Positions 38,245 to 49,943 of a stretch of 64,000 nt of DNA are shown piece after piece; the first letter of the stretch is position 1, and every line of letters begins with the position of its first letter. The stretch comes from Myxococcota bacterium. GTDB lineage: Bacteria > Myxococcota_A > UBA9160 > JAFDDA01. Below the pieces are notes generated by a model. That model had not been told where the DNA came from, did not search any database, and worked only from the letters and a program-made list of their open reading frames with translations. The stretch covers positions 2,816,001 to 2,880,000 of the forward strand of contig OZ245817.1 of NCBI GenBank assembly GCA_965228475.1, given 5' to 3'. A program made the position numbers and the translations under genes.

Positions 38245-38718
38245 ATGGCCAGCATGCACGACTTCTCGATGGAATCGATCACGGGCGACACGGTCGCGCT
38301 CTCCGAATACGAAGGCGACGTCTGTCTGGTCGTGAACCTCGCCAGCCGCTGAGGCCTCACCGGCCAGTACGCAGGTCTGCGTACCCTTCACGAAGACAAC
38401 GACGGCTTCCAGGTGCTCGGCTTTCCGTGCAACCAGTTCGGCGCCCAGGAGCCCGGGACGAACGCGGAGATCCTCGCGTTCGCCCAGAACGAGTACGGCG
38501 CGAACTTCCCGATGTTCGCCAAGACCGAGGTCAACGGCGACGGCGCCTGCGAGCTCTATCGCTTCCTCAAGGCCGAAGCCCCCGACGAGGAGGGCAACCC
38601 GGACATCCCCTGGAACTTCACGAAGTTCCTGGTGGGCCGGGACGGTCGGGTGCTGAAGCGCTATGCGCCGCAGGTCACGCCCGAGCAGATCGCGGAAGAG
38701 CTCCCGTCCCACCTCTAG
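38245..38718 (+). CDS. Selenocysteine-containing glutathione peroxidase (TGA 38350-38352 = Sec36)
   Basis: AAGGAGG RBS; LVVNLASR-U-GLTGQY places TGA at the catalytic residue; LGFPCNQFGAQEPG; WNFTKFLV. Confidence 0.93.
38367..38384 (+). promoter_or_regulatory. SECIS element of the GPx gene
   Basis: Perfect hairpin GTACGCA-GGTC-TGCGTAC 14 nt after the TGA; GCAGGTCTGC core resembles the E. coli fdhF SECIS apex. Confidence 0.85.
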
Positions 38719-38741
38719 AACGATCTCCGCGAAAGGACCGA

Positions 38742-39875
38742 ATGGAACTCCACGGCTTCTGCGAACCCGGCTTCGAGCCCGTGCGCGACGCCTTCGTTGC
38801 GAACTTCGAGCGCGGCGCCGAGGTCGGCGCGTGCTGTGCCGTCACCCGCAACGGCGAGCCGGTCGTCGACCTCTGGGCGGGCGACGCCATCCAGGGCCAG
38901 GCGCCCTGGCGGGAGGACACGATCGTCAACGTCTACTCGACGACGAAGACGATGGCGGCGATCACGATGCTGGTCCTCGCCGACCGGGGTCTCCTCGACT
39001 TCGAGGCGCCGGTGGCGCGCTACTGGCCCGAGTTCGCCGCCCAGGGCAAGGAGACCGTGAAGGTCAAGCACGTCATGAGCCATTCGACCGGGCTTTCGGG
39101 CTTCGAGCCCGCGCTCGGTTCGATCGACGAACTCTACGATCGGAAGGCCATCGCCGAGCGGCTCGCGGCCATGACGCCCTGGTGGGACCCCGGGGAGGGC
39201 TCCGGCTATCACGCGGTCACCCAGGGACAGCTGCAGGGCGAGATCGTGGAGCGCATCACGGGCAAGACCCTCGGCACCTGGTTCCGGGAGGAGATCGCGG
39301 AGCCGCTCGGCGCCGATTTTCACATCGGCCTCGACCCCGCACACGACGCGCGCGTCGGCGAGCTCGTACCGCCCGAATCGGGGCTCGCGACCCCTCCCGG
39401 CGGCCGCGAGTCCATCGCGGCACGCACCATGCGGAGCTGCCCGATCACCGGTCTCGAACCGCGCACCGAAGCGTGGCGCCGGGCCGAGATCCCGGCGGCG
39501 GGCGGCATCGGCAACGCTCGTGCCGTGGCGCGGATCCACTCGATGATGGCCTGCGGCGGCGAGGTCGACGGCGTGCGGATCCTCTCCGAAGCCGGTGCGC
39601 TGCGAGCCCTCGAGGAGCAGACGAACGGCCCGGATCAGGTGCTGATCCTTCCGATCCGTTTCGGATTGGGCTTCGGTCTGGTCAGCGAGACCTTCCCTCT
39701 CTCCCCGAACCCTCGCTCATGCTTCTGGGGCGGGTGGGGCGGCTCGCTCGCGATGATCGATTTCGACGCGCGCATCTCGGCGTCGTACGCGATGAACAAG
39801 ATGGAGGGGAATCTCGCCGGCGACGCCCGGGGCGGCAGCATCCTGCTTTCGGTCTACAAAGCGCTCGGAAGCTGA
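38742..39875 (+). CDS. Serine hydrolase (beta-lactamase-like esterase)
   Basis: YSTTK, GYHAVTQG, AEIPAAGG, FWGGWGGS. Confidence 0.9.
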   Translation: MELHGFCEPGFEPVRDAFVANFERGAEVGACCAVTRNGEPVVDLWAGDAIQGQAPWREDTIVNVYSTTKTMAAITMLVLADRGLLDFEAPVARYWPEFAAQGKETVKVKHVMSHSTGLSGFEPALGSIDELYDRKAIAERLAAMTPWWDPGEGSGYHAVTQGQLQGEIVERITGKTLGTWFREEIAEPLGADFHIGLDPAHDARVGELVPPESGLATPPGGRESIAARTMRSCPITGLEPRTEAWRRAEIPAAGGIGNARAVARIHSMMACGGEVDGVRILSEAGALRALEEQTNGPDQVLILPIRFGLGFGLVSETFPLSPNPRSCFWGGWGGSLAMIDFDARISASYAMNKMEGNLAGDARGGSILLSVYKALGS

Positions 39876-39901
39876 GACCCCGCGAGGCACCGGCGCACGC
39901 G

Positions 39902-41230
39902 ATGTACCGACTCTACTCCTGGGAGCACAGCTACTTCTCCGGCAAGGCCCGCGCGTACCTGCGCTTCAAGGAACGCGCCGGCGCCCTCGCTCCGGGCTGG
40001 GAGGACGTGCTGGCCACCCCCGAGCTGATCACCGGGCGGCTCATCCCGCGCTCGGGTTCGAACGCCGTACCCCAGCTCGAGGCGCCCGACGGCACGTGGA
40101 TCCAGGACACGTCCGAGATCATCGACTTCGTCGAGGCGGCCCACCCGCAGACGCCCGTCGTCCCGGACCCCGCCCGGGCGCCGCGCCAGTGTCTCGCCGC
40201 CTACCTGATCGAACTGTTGGCCGACGAGTGGATGCTCGTGCCGGCGTTCTGGGAGCGCTGGTTCTTCAGCGAGGACGGCCGCAGCCCGAGCCACCGCGCC
40301 TTCAACGAACAGCAATGGGGTGCGGTCTTCGCGGCGGGTGCGCCGGGCGAGGCGCGCCGGGCCGCCGCCGCGGGGCTCTTCGAAGAGATGTTCGGCATCT
40401 CCCACAGCCGCGACGAACCGAAGGGCACCTACGCGGGGCTGGTCCATCTCGGCTGCGACGGAAAGACCGAGCGCGCCTGGCAGGCAAGCCAGCACCGGGT
40501 GCTCGGGCTGCTCGAGGCCCACTTCGCGCGCCACGACTACGCCTTCGGCGGCCGGCCGAGCCTCGCGGACTTCGCCCTCCTGGGCCCGCTCTACGCCCAC
40601 CTCTATCGCGACGCGGTCTCGGGCTTCGCGCTCCGCACGTTCTTCCCGATCACCACCGAATGGGTCGAACGCACGAACGGCGAAGGCGCGCTCAACGCCC
40701 GCCAGTGGGGCCAGCAGCTCTACTCCCTCGGTGACGACGGCGAGCTCGTCGGCCGGGCCGCGACGAGCGACGGGGGAGACTGGCTCGCCGACGACGTCGT
40801 CCCCGACACCTTGCATCCGCTGCTCGGAGTCTTCTTCGAAGAGATGTGGCCCGTTCTCGCGAGCAGCATGCGCGTGCTCGGAGACTTCATCGCGAGCGAC
40901 GCCCACGAGCCCGGCGGCCCGCTCCCCGGCGGAAGCTTCATGGCGACGCCCGGGTTCTGGGACGTCCAGACCGGCAACGGGCCGCTGACCCACGAGTTCG
41001 AGATCGGAGGCATCGCCTCCCGACGCATGGTGGCCCCCTACCAGGTCTGGATGCTCGGCCGGCTCGCCGAGGTCCTCGAGCGCTGCATCGGAACGGCCGA
41101 GGGCCGGCGCTCGATCGAGGGTCTCCTCTCGAGCCACCCGAGCGCGCTCGAGTTGCTCGAGCTCCCCGAGCGTCTCGCCCGGTGCCGGGTCGAGAAGGTC
41201 GGGGGACGGCTCCGGTCGGCCAGCGCCTAG
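39902..41230 (+). CDS. Glutathione S-transferase-like protein (long form)
   Basis: SYFSGKARAYL, VPQL...QDTSEII, GGRPSLADFALLGPLYAHL.RD. Confidence 0.8.
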   Translation: MYRLYSWEHSYFSGKARAYLRFKERAGALAPGWEDVLATPELITGRLIPRSGSNAVPQLEAPDGTWIQDTSEIIDFVEAAHPQTPVVPDPARAPRQCLAAYLIELLADEWMLVPAFWERWFFSEDGRSPSHRAFNEQQWGAVFAAGAPGEARRAAAAGLFEEMFGISHSRDEPKGTYAGLVHLGCDGKTERAWQASQHRVLGLLEAHFARHDYAFGGRPSLADFALLGPLYAHLYRDAVSGFALRTFFPITTEWVERTNGEGALNARQWGQQLYSLGDDGELVGRAATSDGGDWLADDVVPDTLHPLLGVFFEEMWPVLASSMRVLGDFIASDAHEPGGPLPGGSFMATPGFWDVQTGNGPLTHEFEIGGIASRRMVAPYQVWMLGRLAEVLERCIGTAEGRRSIEGLLSSHPSALELLELPERLARCRVEKVGGRLRSASA

Positions 41231-42684
41231 GCCCCCTGGCAGCCGGCGGGACCCCCGACGGAACCGTGCGGAACGCAGACCACTTCGGGCTTCGTCCAGC
41301 GCTTCCGGAGGTAGCAGGTTCCCGAGTCCGCCCGCGAAGTGTCCGCGTGCACCGAGTCGTGGGCGCCCAGGGCGATCGAGGGCTTCGATGCGTGATACGT
41401 GTTGAAGTCGATGAGGCTGTTCGACCCACCCCACCCGATCTGCCCCTTCGAACTCACGACCGAGTTGCAGCGAGCGACGGTCCCGTCGGCCGAGTCCTGG
41501 GCGTTGATCCAGCTTCCGCTGTCGACCACCGTGTTGTTCAAGACTTCGCTGTCCCGGCCCGCAACGATCGTCGCGATGCTCTGCTGGCTTCTGGCTCGGT
41601 CGATGCGATGCAGGTGATTTCCGATCACCCGGGTGTTCCGGGCCGACCCGGCCACGGTGACGCCTCGGGGCCCCTCCTCGAGGAAGTTGTCCTTCACCAC
41701 GACGTGGCTTCCGTGCATTCCCACGACGACCAGGCCACCCCAGGAGCCGCTGGCTCCGCAGGCATCCTCCCAGTCTCCCTTGGGCCCCTGGTCGGTCTCG
41801 AGCCACCCCCAGATCCGATTGTTCGAGATCGTCACCCGCTCCTGGGCCAGGTCTCCGGACCCGCCGAGCTTGATGTCGATCCCCTCTTCACCGCAAGAGC
41901 ACGGACCGTCCCACTGCAGCTTGCCGCGACAGTCCGTCCTCCGGGCCTTCGAGAGATAGATGTCGTTCTCGTCGATCACGAGATCCCGAAACCGGCCCCC
42001 GGGCAAGAACTCGGGACGAGAGTAGAGCTGGATCCCGTCGGTGCAGTCGTAGATCTCGTTCTGGACGAGCCGGTTTCCCTGCTGATGGTGGCCGGGGCCC
42101 GGATCGACGAACAAGACACAGACGCGGTCCCCGCCGTAGACGATCTTCGAGCGCCGAACGACCGAGTCCTGGAGGACGTTCCCATGCGACGCGCCCTCGA
42201 AGCGGACCTGCTCCCACTCCGCCTCCTGGACCACCAGCCGGTTCAGGACGTTCCGGCTCGCGTCCTTCAGCCACAGACCGACCCGCTCCCCTCCCCGGAT
42301 GAAGAGGCCATCGACCACCCAGTGTTCCGCGCCTCGCAGCGTGAGCGCCTGGAGCGTGACCCGCGCCGAAGCGCGGAGCTTCAAGGGATGAAGCCCGGCA
42401 TCGACCCGCCGGATCACGCGCGGCCGGGCGGCAGTACCCGAACGCTCGAGGCGGATCACGCCCGCCGCGCTGTAGTCACCGGGATGGACGCAGAAGATGC
42501 GGAGCCCCGGCTCGTTCACGCGCGACCAGTCGCTGTCCTGCCGGATGAAGGTGACCTCCGGGTTCGAGGCGTCGCAGGCGGGCATCGCCGGAGCGACGGC
42601 ATACCGGCTCGTCGAGAATCCTCGGCAGCTGGCACCGGAAGCCAGCGCCGCAATCACGATGGCGAGACAGACCCGCCATCGCAC
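41227..42684 (-). CDS. Secreted right-handed beta-helix repeat protein (start uncertain)
   Basis: Signal-like N-terminus; PGDY..., repeated I..N.I units, EEGIDIK. Confidence 0.7.
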   Translation of the reverse strand: MRWRVCLAIVIAALASGASCRGFSTSRYAVAPAMPACDASNPEVTFIRQDSDWSRVNEPGLRIFCVHPGDYSAAGVIRLERSGTAARPRVIRRVDAGLHPLKLRASARVTLQALTLRGAEHWVVDGLFIRGGERVGLWLKDASRNVLNRLVVQEAEWEQVRFEGASHGNVLQDSVVRRSKIVYGGDRVCVLFVDPGPGHHQQGNRLVQNEIYDCTDGIQLYSRPEFLPGGRFRDLVIDENDIYLSKARRTDCRGKLQWDGPCSCGEEGIDIKLGGSGDLAQERVTISNNRIWGWLETDQGPKGDWEDACGASGSWGGLVVVGMHGSHVVVKDNFLEEGPRGVTVAGSARNTRVIGNHLHRIDRARSQQSIATIVAGRDSEVLNNTVVDSGSWINAQDSADGTVARCNSVVSSKGQIGWGGSNSLIDFNTYHASKPSIALGAHDSVHADTSRADSGTCYLRKRWTKPEVVCVPHGSVGGPAGCQGA

Positions 42685-42907
42685 GCCAAGGGTGCGATCT
42701 CGTCCGATTCCCACGGCCCCCCCTCTTCGACCGAGCCATCCCCAAAGAAGCCGGGGCCGCTCACGGCCTGGACGACGGCCTGTGCAAAAGGCGTGCAAAG
42801 GAATCCAAGGCCGTCCCAACCCTCCTTGCGGCGATGTGGGGGCCGGGGGGTGTGATCCGTCGCACGCCCTCGGGAGTTCCGGTCGGACTTACACGGCGAT
42901 CGATTCC

Positions 42908-42936
42908 TTGACAAAGTAAATTTTACGGCGTATACA
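42908..42936 (+). promoter_or_regulatory. sigma70-type promoter with overlapping operator-like palindrome
   Basis: TTGACA-17 nt-TATACA; overlapped by TTTACGGCGTATA; ATG 7 nt downstream. Confidence 0.7.
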
Positions 42937-42943
42937 CCACCCC

Positions 42944-43525
42944 ATGCCGCGAACCGCCCTCTCCCAGGATCAGGTCGACGAGTTCCGCGAGGCGCTGTGC
43001 GAGACCGCCACCCGCCTCTTCGCCGGCCACGGCTACGAGGGCGTCACCATGCGCGCCCTGGCCCGGGAGCTCGGTTGCAGCCCGATGACGCCCTACCGCT
43101 ATTTCGAGAACAAGGCCGAGATCTTCGAAACGGTCCGCTCCGCGGCCGCCCACCGCTTCGCCGATGCGATCGACGGTGCCGGCAAGGCCCACTCGGAGCA
43201 CCGGCCGCGCCTCGAGGCCATGTGCCGGGCCTACGTCGAGTTCGCCGTGGTCGAACCCCACGGCTACCGGATCATCTTCGAACTCGACCAGGACCAGCGC
43301 CCGCCGGACCGGAGCCTCGAGGACGCCCGCGGCTGGTTCGTCATGAAGGCCGCCGTGACCGAGGCCATCGAGGCCGGCGCCCTCGAAGGCGACCCCGATG
43401 CCGTGGCGCATCTGTTCTGGTCGGGCATCCACGGCATCGTGGCCCTGCATCTGTCCGGAATGCTCCAGCTCGGCATGGAGCTCGAATCCCTCGTCGAAGC
43501 CTTCATCGAACGCGAACTCGGCTGA
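42944..43525 (+). CDS. TetR family regulator (WHG-type C-terminus)
   Basis: TMRALARELGCSPMTPYRYF; WSGIHG. Confidence 0.92.
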   Translation: MPRTALSQDQVDEFREALCETATRLFAGHGYEGVTMRALARELGCSPMTPYRYFENKAEIFETVRSAAAHRFADAIDGAGKAHSEHRPRLEAMCRAYVEFAVVEPHGYRIIFELDQDQRPPDRSLEDARGWFVMKAAVTEAIEAGALEGDPDAVAHLFWSGIHGIVALHLSGMLQLGMELESLVEAFIERELG

Positions 43526-43568
43526 GGCGCGCGCCCCGCGCCCTGCCCTTCCGCCCCAGGAGTCCGTC

Positions 43569-44993
43569 ATGAACGAACGCATCCAGACCGCCAACGAACG
43601 TTTCGCGCAGATCTCGCGGCCGAACCCCGTCGAGGCCGATGGCCCGATCACGCGCGTGGAGGGGGAGATCCCGCGCGAGCTCTCGGGCACCCTCTACCGC
43701 AACGGACCCAACCAGAAGGTCGCCCCCCAGGCCGGCGCCCGCGCGCTCCACTTCTTCGATGGCGACGCTCTCATCCAGGCGATCCGCTTCGAGGACGGCA
43801 CGGCCCACCACCTCGGCCGCTACGCGCGCACCGAGAGTTTCCTGCGCAACGAAGCCGAGGGCGCCTACGCGGTGGCCGGCCTGAACCTCCCGGCGGACCG
43901 AGCGGTCGAGCCGCTGCTCCCGAGCCATGCGCCCAACACGAACGTCGTACCCCACGCGGGCCGGCTCTTCGCCATGGCGGAGAACATGCCGCCCTTCGAG
44001 ATGGACCCGAAGACCCTCGAGTCCAAGGGGCTCTGGGAGTACGACGGGAAGATGGTCGGGATGTCGACGACGGCCCACCCGAAGATCGACGGCAAGACCG
44101 GCCAGATGTGGATCCACGGCTATGCGCCGATCGCCCCCTTCATCCAGCTCTACTGCGTCGAGCCCGATGGCACGGTCTCGCTCGCCGAAACCCACGACGC
44201 GCCGTGGGCTTCGATGATGCACGACTTCGCCATCACCGAGAACCACGTGATCTTCCCGCTCGGCAGCATCGGCTTCGACCTGAACCCCCTGCTCCAGGGC
44301 GAGCGCTTCAGCAAAGCCATCCAGGGCAACGACCGGCCGATGATCTTCGGCATCCGCCGCCGCGAGCCGGGCAGCGAGGTGCACTGGTTCGAGACTTCCT
44401 CGGTCGGGTACATGTTCCACCCGGGCAACGCCTACGAGGTCGACGGCCGCATCCTCATGGATGCCTGCACCTACGAGAACCCGCAGGGCCTGATCGACTC
44501 CCTCGACGGTGCGCGGGACGCCGAGGTCGGCTGCGGGCTGAACGCCCACCCGTACCTCTACGAGTTCGACCTCGAGTCCGGCACCTGCAAGGAGACGAAG
44601 TTCTCCGACTCGACGGCCGAGTTCCCGCGCATCGACGACCGCCTCGTGGGGCACGAGAATCGCTTCGGGTACGCCGCGACGGCCGAGCCCGACGACGGCG
44701 CCCTCGGCTTCGCCCGGCGCATCACCCGGTACGACCGCAAGGGCGGCGCCTCGCTCCACCGCGCGGCGGCCGAGGGCCAGTGGGTCGGCGAGCCCGTCTT
44801 CGTCCCGCGCGACGCGGAGGCCGCCGAAGACGACGGTTTCGTGCTCTTCCCCGTCTACGATGCCATCCGGGACGAGACGGCCGTCGAGATCCTCGACGCC
44901 GGTGCCGTCGATGCCGGGCCGGTCGCACGGCTGTGGCTCGACACCCGGATGCCCTTCGGCTTCCACGGCAACTGGGCGGGCGCCGCGCGCTAG
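43569..44993 (+). CDS. Carotenoid/lignostilbene cleavage dioxygenase family
   Basis: G.LYRNGPN, FDGD, TAHPK, MMHDFAITE, FHPGNAYE, EFPRID, EPVFVP, PFGFHG. Confidence 0.92.
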   Translation: MNERIQTANERFAQISRPNPVEADGPITRVEGEIPRELSGTLYRNGPNQKVAPQAGARALHFFDGDALIQAIRFEDGTAHHLGRYARTESFLRNEAEGAYAVAGLNLPADRAVEPLLPSHAPNTNVVPHAGRLFAMAENMPPFEMDPKTLESKGLWEYDGKMVGMSTTAHPKIDGKTGQMWIHGYAPIAPFIQLYCVEPDGTVSLAETHDAPWASMMHDFAITENHVIFPLGSIGFDLNPLLQGERFSKAIQGNDRPMIFGIRRREPGSEVHWFETSSVGYMFHPGNAYEVDGRILMDACTYENPQGLIDSLDGARDAEVGCGLNAHPYLYEFDLESGTCKETKFSDSTAEFPRIDDRLVGHENRFGYAATAEPDDGALGFARRITRYDRKGGASLHRAAAEGQWVGEPVFVPRDAEAAEDDGFVLFPVYDAIRDETAVEILDAGAVDAGPVARLWLDTRMPFGFHGNWAGAAR

Positions 44994-45640
44994 GCCTCGC
45001 CGTACAGGAAGCGCATGTCCGGCCGCTCGGTGCAGAAGTAGTGCACCCAGATGTAGGCGTGCGAGAAGGCCGCGACGAGCAACCCGGCCCCCGAGCCGAA
45101 GGCCAGCGCGATCGCCCAGAAGGCGAGGAACGCGTAGACGTACATGCCGTTGCTCGTGAAGCGGAAGATGCCCTCGCGGACGAGCGGCATCGTGCGGTAG
45201 CGCGGGTCGAAGTGATCGGCGCCCGCCGCACGCACGGGGCCGAAGTAGCGCGCGACGCTGTAGCCCGCGTAGACCGCGGGCGCGGCCACCAGGCTGCCCA
45301 GCGAGAGCTGCTGCGCCAGGGAGAGGCCGAGGCTCCCCCGGTCGAGCCAGGAGAGCCAGGCCAGCGCGACGAAGCGCCCGCCAAAGAGGACGAAGAAGAT
45401 CGCCAGGTAGACCCCGAAGCCGATCGTCTCGCTCGTGGCGCGGGACCGGAGTTCGGCCCGCCATGCGATCCAGACGAAGACCTGGTGCAGGACCGGAAGT
45501 GCGACGGCCGCCCAGAAGGCGGTGGGATGCGGCGCGCCGAGGGCCCGCCACGCCAACACCGTCAGCGCCAGCAGGAGACCAAGCGACGCGGCATGGAGCG
45601 GAAACCCGCTGCCGAAGGAAGGGGCGGAATCCTGGCTCAT
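44990..45640 (-). CDS. Phospholipid (PEMT-like) membrane methyltransferase
   Basis: GADHFD...PLVREGIFRFTSNGMY; YFCTERPDM; TM helices. Confidence 0.75.
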   Translation of the reverse strand: MSQDSAPSFGSGFPLHAASLGLLLALTVLAWRALGAPHPTAFWAAVALPVLHQVFVWIAWRAELRSRATSETIGFGVYLAIFFVLFGGRFVALAWLSWLDRGSLGLSLAQQLSLGSLVAAPAVYAGYSVARYFGPVRAAGADHFDPRYRTMPLVREGIFRFTSNGMYVYAFLAFWAIALAFGSGAGLLVAAFSHAYIWVHYFCTERPDMRFLYGEA

Positions 45641-45696
45641 CGGGCTGCCTCACGATGATTCTACGACAGCCTGCCTCCGCAGAGCCGCCTCCTCCT

Positions 45697-45721
45697 AAAA
45701 CAATCAATCCTGATTGCTTTT
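45697..45721. promoter_or_regulatory. Palindromic operator upstream of the Coq4-BVMO operon
   Basis: AAAACAATCA-ATCC-TGATTGCTTTT inverted repeat (9/10 match) in an AT-rich gap. Confidence 0.6.
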
Positions 45722-45771
45722 TTAGCCGAAGCTCGGTACACCCTAGGAGGACCGCGCCCCAAGGAGACCCG

Positions 45772-46554
45772 ATGGCGACGGAAGTCGTGGAGCCGCCCCG
45801 GCGGAACTGGATGACCCCGGCGCAGGCGCTGCGCGCGGCGCGAGCCCTCGGCGGCGCGATCCGGGACCCGGACCGGACGGACCTGATCGGCGAGTTCATC
45901 GCCGCCACCTCGGGCGCTTCCGGCGCAGAACTCTACGACGAGCTCATGGCCGACCCAGAGGCCCGCGCGATCCTCGAGGAAGGCCGCGACCTCGAGTCGA
46001 CGCTCTCCGATCGCGAATCGCTCGCCGCGATGCCGCCCGGCAGCCTCGGCCGTACCTACCATGCCTGGACTTCCGAACGCGACTTCGACGCCGAAGGCAT
46101 CGCCAACGCCATCCGCAAGCAGGTCCCGCGGGACCTCGGCGGCCCCTTCCCCACCCTCGCCGCCCGCGTCGTCGACCAGCACGACCTCTGGCACGTCCTG
46201 AACGGGTGGGACTCCGACATCCACGGCGAGCTCCACCTGCTCGGCTTCAGCCACGCCCAGCTCGGCGGCCGCGGCTGGATCTGGCTGGCCCGCCTCGCGG
46301 TCTTCTTCCTCTCCTCCGCCGGGAGCTCGGAGAGCCGCCGGTACCTGGAAACGGCCATCGCCCGCGGCCGGAAGGCCCGGACGCTTGCAGGCGTCGACTG
46401 GGAAGCCATGCTGCCCTTGCCGCTCGAGGAAGTGCGCCTTCGTCTCGGGATCGACCCGCCGGTCCCCTACGAACGCCTCGAACCCGCCGACGCCCAGCGC
46501 CTTCGCGCGAAGAGCCCGGTGCTTCGCCTCCTGAACACCGTCCTGCCGGCCTGA
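45772..46554 (+). CDS. Coq4-family protein
   Basis: LAAMPPGSLGRTY; HDLWHVLNGW....HGE (HDxxH-x11-E). Confidence 0.82.
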   Translation: MATEVVEPPRRNWMTPAQALRAARALGGAIRDPDRTDLIGEFIAATSGASGAELYDELMADPEARAILEEGRDLESTLSDRESLAAMPPGSLGRTYHAWTSERDFDAEGIANAIRKQVPRDLGGPFPTLAARVVDQHDLWHVLNGWDSDIHGELHLLGFSHAQLGGRGWIWLARLAVFFLSSAGSSESRRYLETAIARGRKARTLAGVDWEAMLPLPLEEVRLRLGIDPPVPYERLEPADAQRLRAKSPVLRLLNTVLPA

Positions 46555-46573
46555 GCGGCGAGAGGAACCCGAC

Positions 46574-48390
<1,817 letters not shown>

Positions 48391-48391
<1 letters not shown>

Positions 48392-49230
48392 TGGCCGGCC
48401 GAGGGCCCCTCTCCCGCGAGGCCCGGGCGGTGGTGACCGGCGCCGGCAGCGGCATCGGCCGCGGGTTCGCCGAGGAGATCCACCGGCGGGGCGGCGCCTT
48501 GGTCTGCGCGGACGTCGATGCGGAGGCCGCGGAGGAGACCGCCGCGAGCCTTCGCCGCGCAGGAGGTCACGCCCGCGCGGTGCGTTGCGACGTCGCGCAG
48601 CTCGAAGAGGTCGAAGCGCTGGCCAAGGAGGCCGAGGCCTTCTTCGGCACCGAGACGACCCTCGTCGTGAACAACGCCGGCGTCGGGGTCGGCGGCGCGC
48701 TCCTCGAAGACATCGCGATGGACGACTGGCGCTGGATCGTCGGCGTGAACCTCTGGGGCGTGGTGCACGGCTGCAGGGTCTTCGCTCCCCGCTTGCGCGC
48801 TGCCGGCTCGGGAGGGATCGTGAACGTCTCCTCGGCAGCGAGCTTCGGCGCGGCGCCCCGCATGGGCGCCTACAACGTGACGAAGGCCGCGGTGCTCTCC
48901 CTCTCGGAGACCCTCCACGCCGAGATGTCGGGCAGCGGCGTCCACGTCGCCGTCCTGTGTCCGACCTTCGTGCGCACCAACATCATCCGGAAGTCGCGCA
49001 TCGCCGTCGGCTCCCGCGACCGGGCCCAGGCGCTGATGGACCGCCGGGGCGTCGACGCCAGCGAAGTGGCCCGCAAGACCCTCGACGCCCTCGACCGCAA
49101 CCGCCTTCACGTCCTGCCCCAGGCCGATGCCCGCTTCGCCTGGCGCATCAAGCGGTGGCTTCCCGGCCTGTACACCCGCGGCATGGGGCGCGCGGCGCGC
49201 GCCGCCGCCAGGGAGCTCGAGAAGGAATGA
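48391..49230 (+). CDS. SDR family oxidoreductase
   Basis: TGAGSGIG, NNAG, YNVTK. Confidence 0.92.
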
Positions 49231-49883
49231 GCGACCCCCTCGCCCGGGAGAAGGCGCCGCGTCGGCCGGGCCGAAAGCGCCAGGCCCGCAGCGCAGCCAC
49301 GCGAGAGAGCATCCTCGACGCGGCCCTCGAGTGCCTCGTCGAGCGCGGCTTCGCCCGGACCGCCACCGCCGACGTCGCCGAGCGTGCCGGTGTCTCGCGC
49401 GGGGCGCAGCTCCACCACTTCCCGACGCGCGCCGGGCTGCTCGCGGCCACGGTCGAACACCTCGCCGAGCGCCGGCTCACGGAGCTCGGCCGGACGCTCG
49501 AAGCGCACGACCGGACGGGAGACGACATCGATGCCATGGTCGACTTCGTCTGGGAGGCCTACTCGGACCCGGCCGCGTACGCGAGCCTCGAGCTGCTGAT
49601 CGCCGCGCGCACGGACGACGACCTGCTCGCCCACCTGCGCCCCGTCGCCGAGCGGTTCGAGGGCTCCCTCGCCCAGGCCGACCTCGACCTCGCCCCGGAT
49701 TCCATGGCGCGCGAACGACGCGCGGCCCTGCGAAAGCTCGTGATCTCCACGATGCAGGGCCTCGCCGTGATGCGCATCCTCGGAGAGGACGACGCCGCGG
49801 TGGAGCCCGTCCTCGACATGCTGAAGGACCTCTGCCGCCGGAGCCTGGCGAGCGAGGCGAACGAGTCCGACCCCCGCGACTGA
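49227..49883 (+). CDS. TetR family regulator
   Basis: TADVAERAGVSRGAQLHHFPT; LELLIAARTD. Confidence 0.92.
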   Translation: MSDPLAREKAPRRPGRKRQARSAATRESILDAALECLVERGFARTATADVAERAGVSRGAQLHHFPTRAGLLAATVEHLAERRLTELGRTLEAHDRTGDDIDAMVDFVWEAYSDPAAYASLELLIAARTDDDLLAHLRPVAERFEGSLAQADLDLAPDSMARERRAALRKLVISTMQGLAVMRILGEDDAAVEPVLDMLKDLCRRSLASEANESDPRD

Positions 49884-49943
49884 TCCGGGCCGTTGGAGGT
49901 ACACTCGCGTGGCGCCGCGGACGAGACGGCCGCACGAGGGCCC

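Noticed and set aside
34093..39875. Two beta-lactamase-fold genes as antibiotic resistance determinants
   Set aside because: No signal peptides; motifs match family VIII esterases in a lipid-catabolic context.
42783..42798. sigma54-like site TTGCAC-GCCTT-TTGCA upstream of the beta-helix gene (minus strand)
   Set aside because: Lacks the invariant GG at -24.
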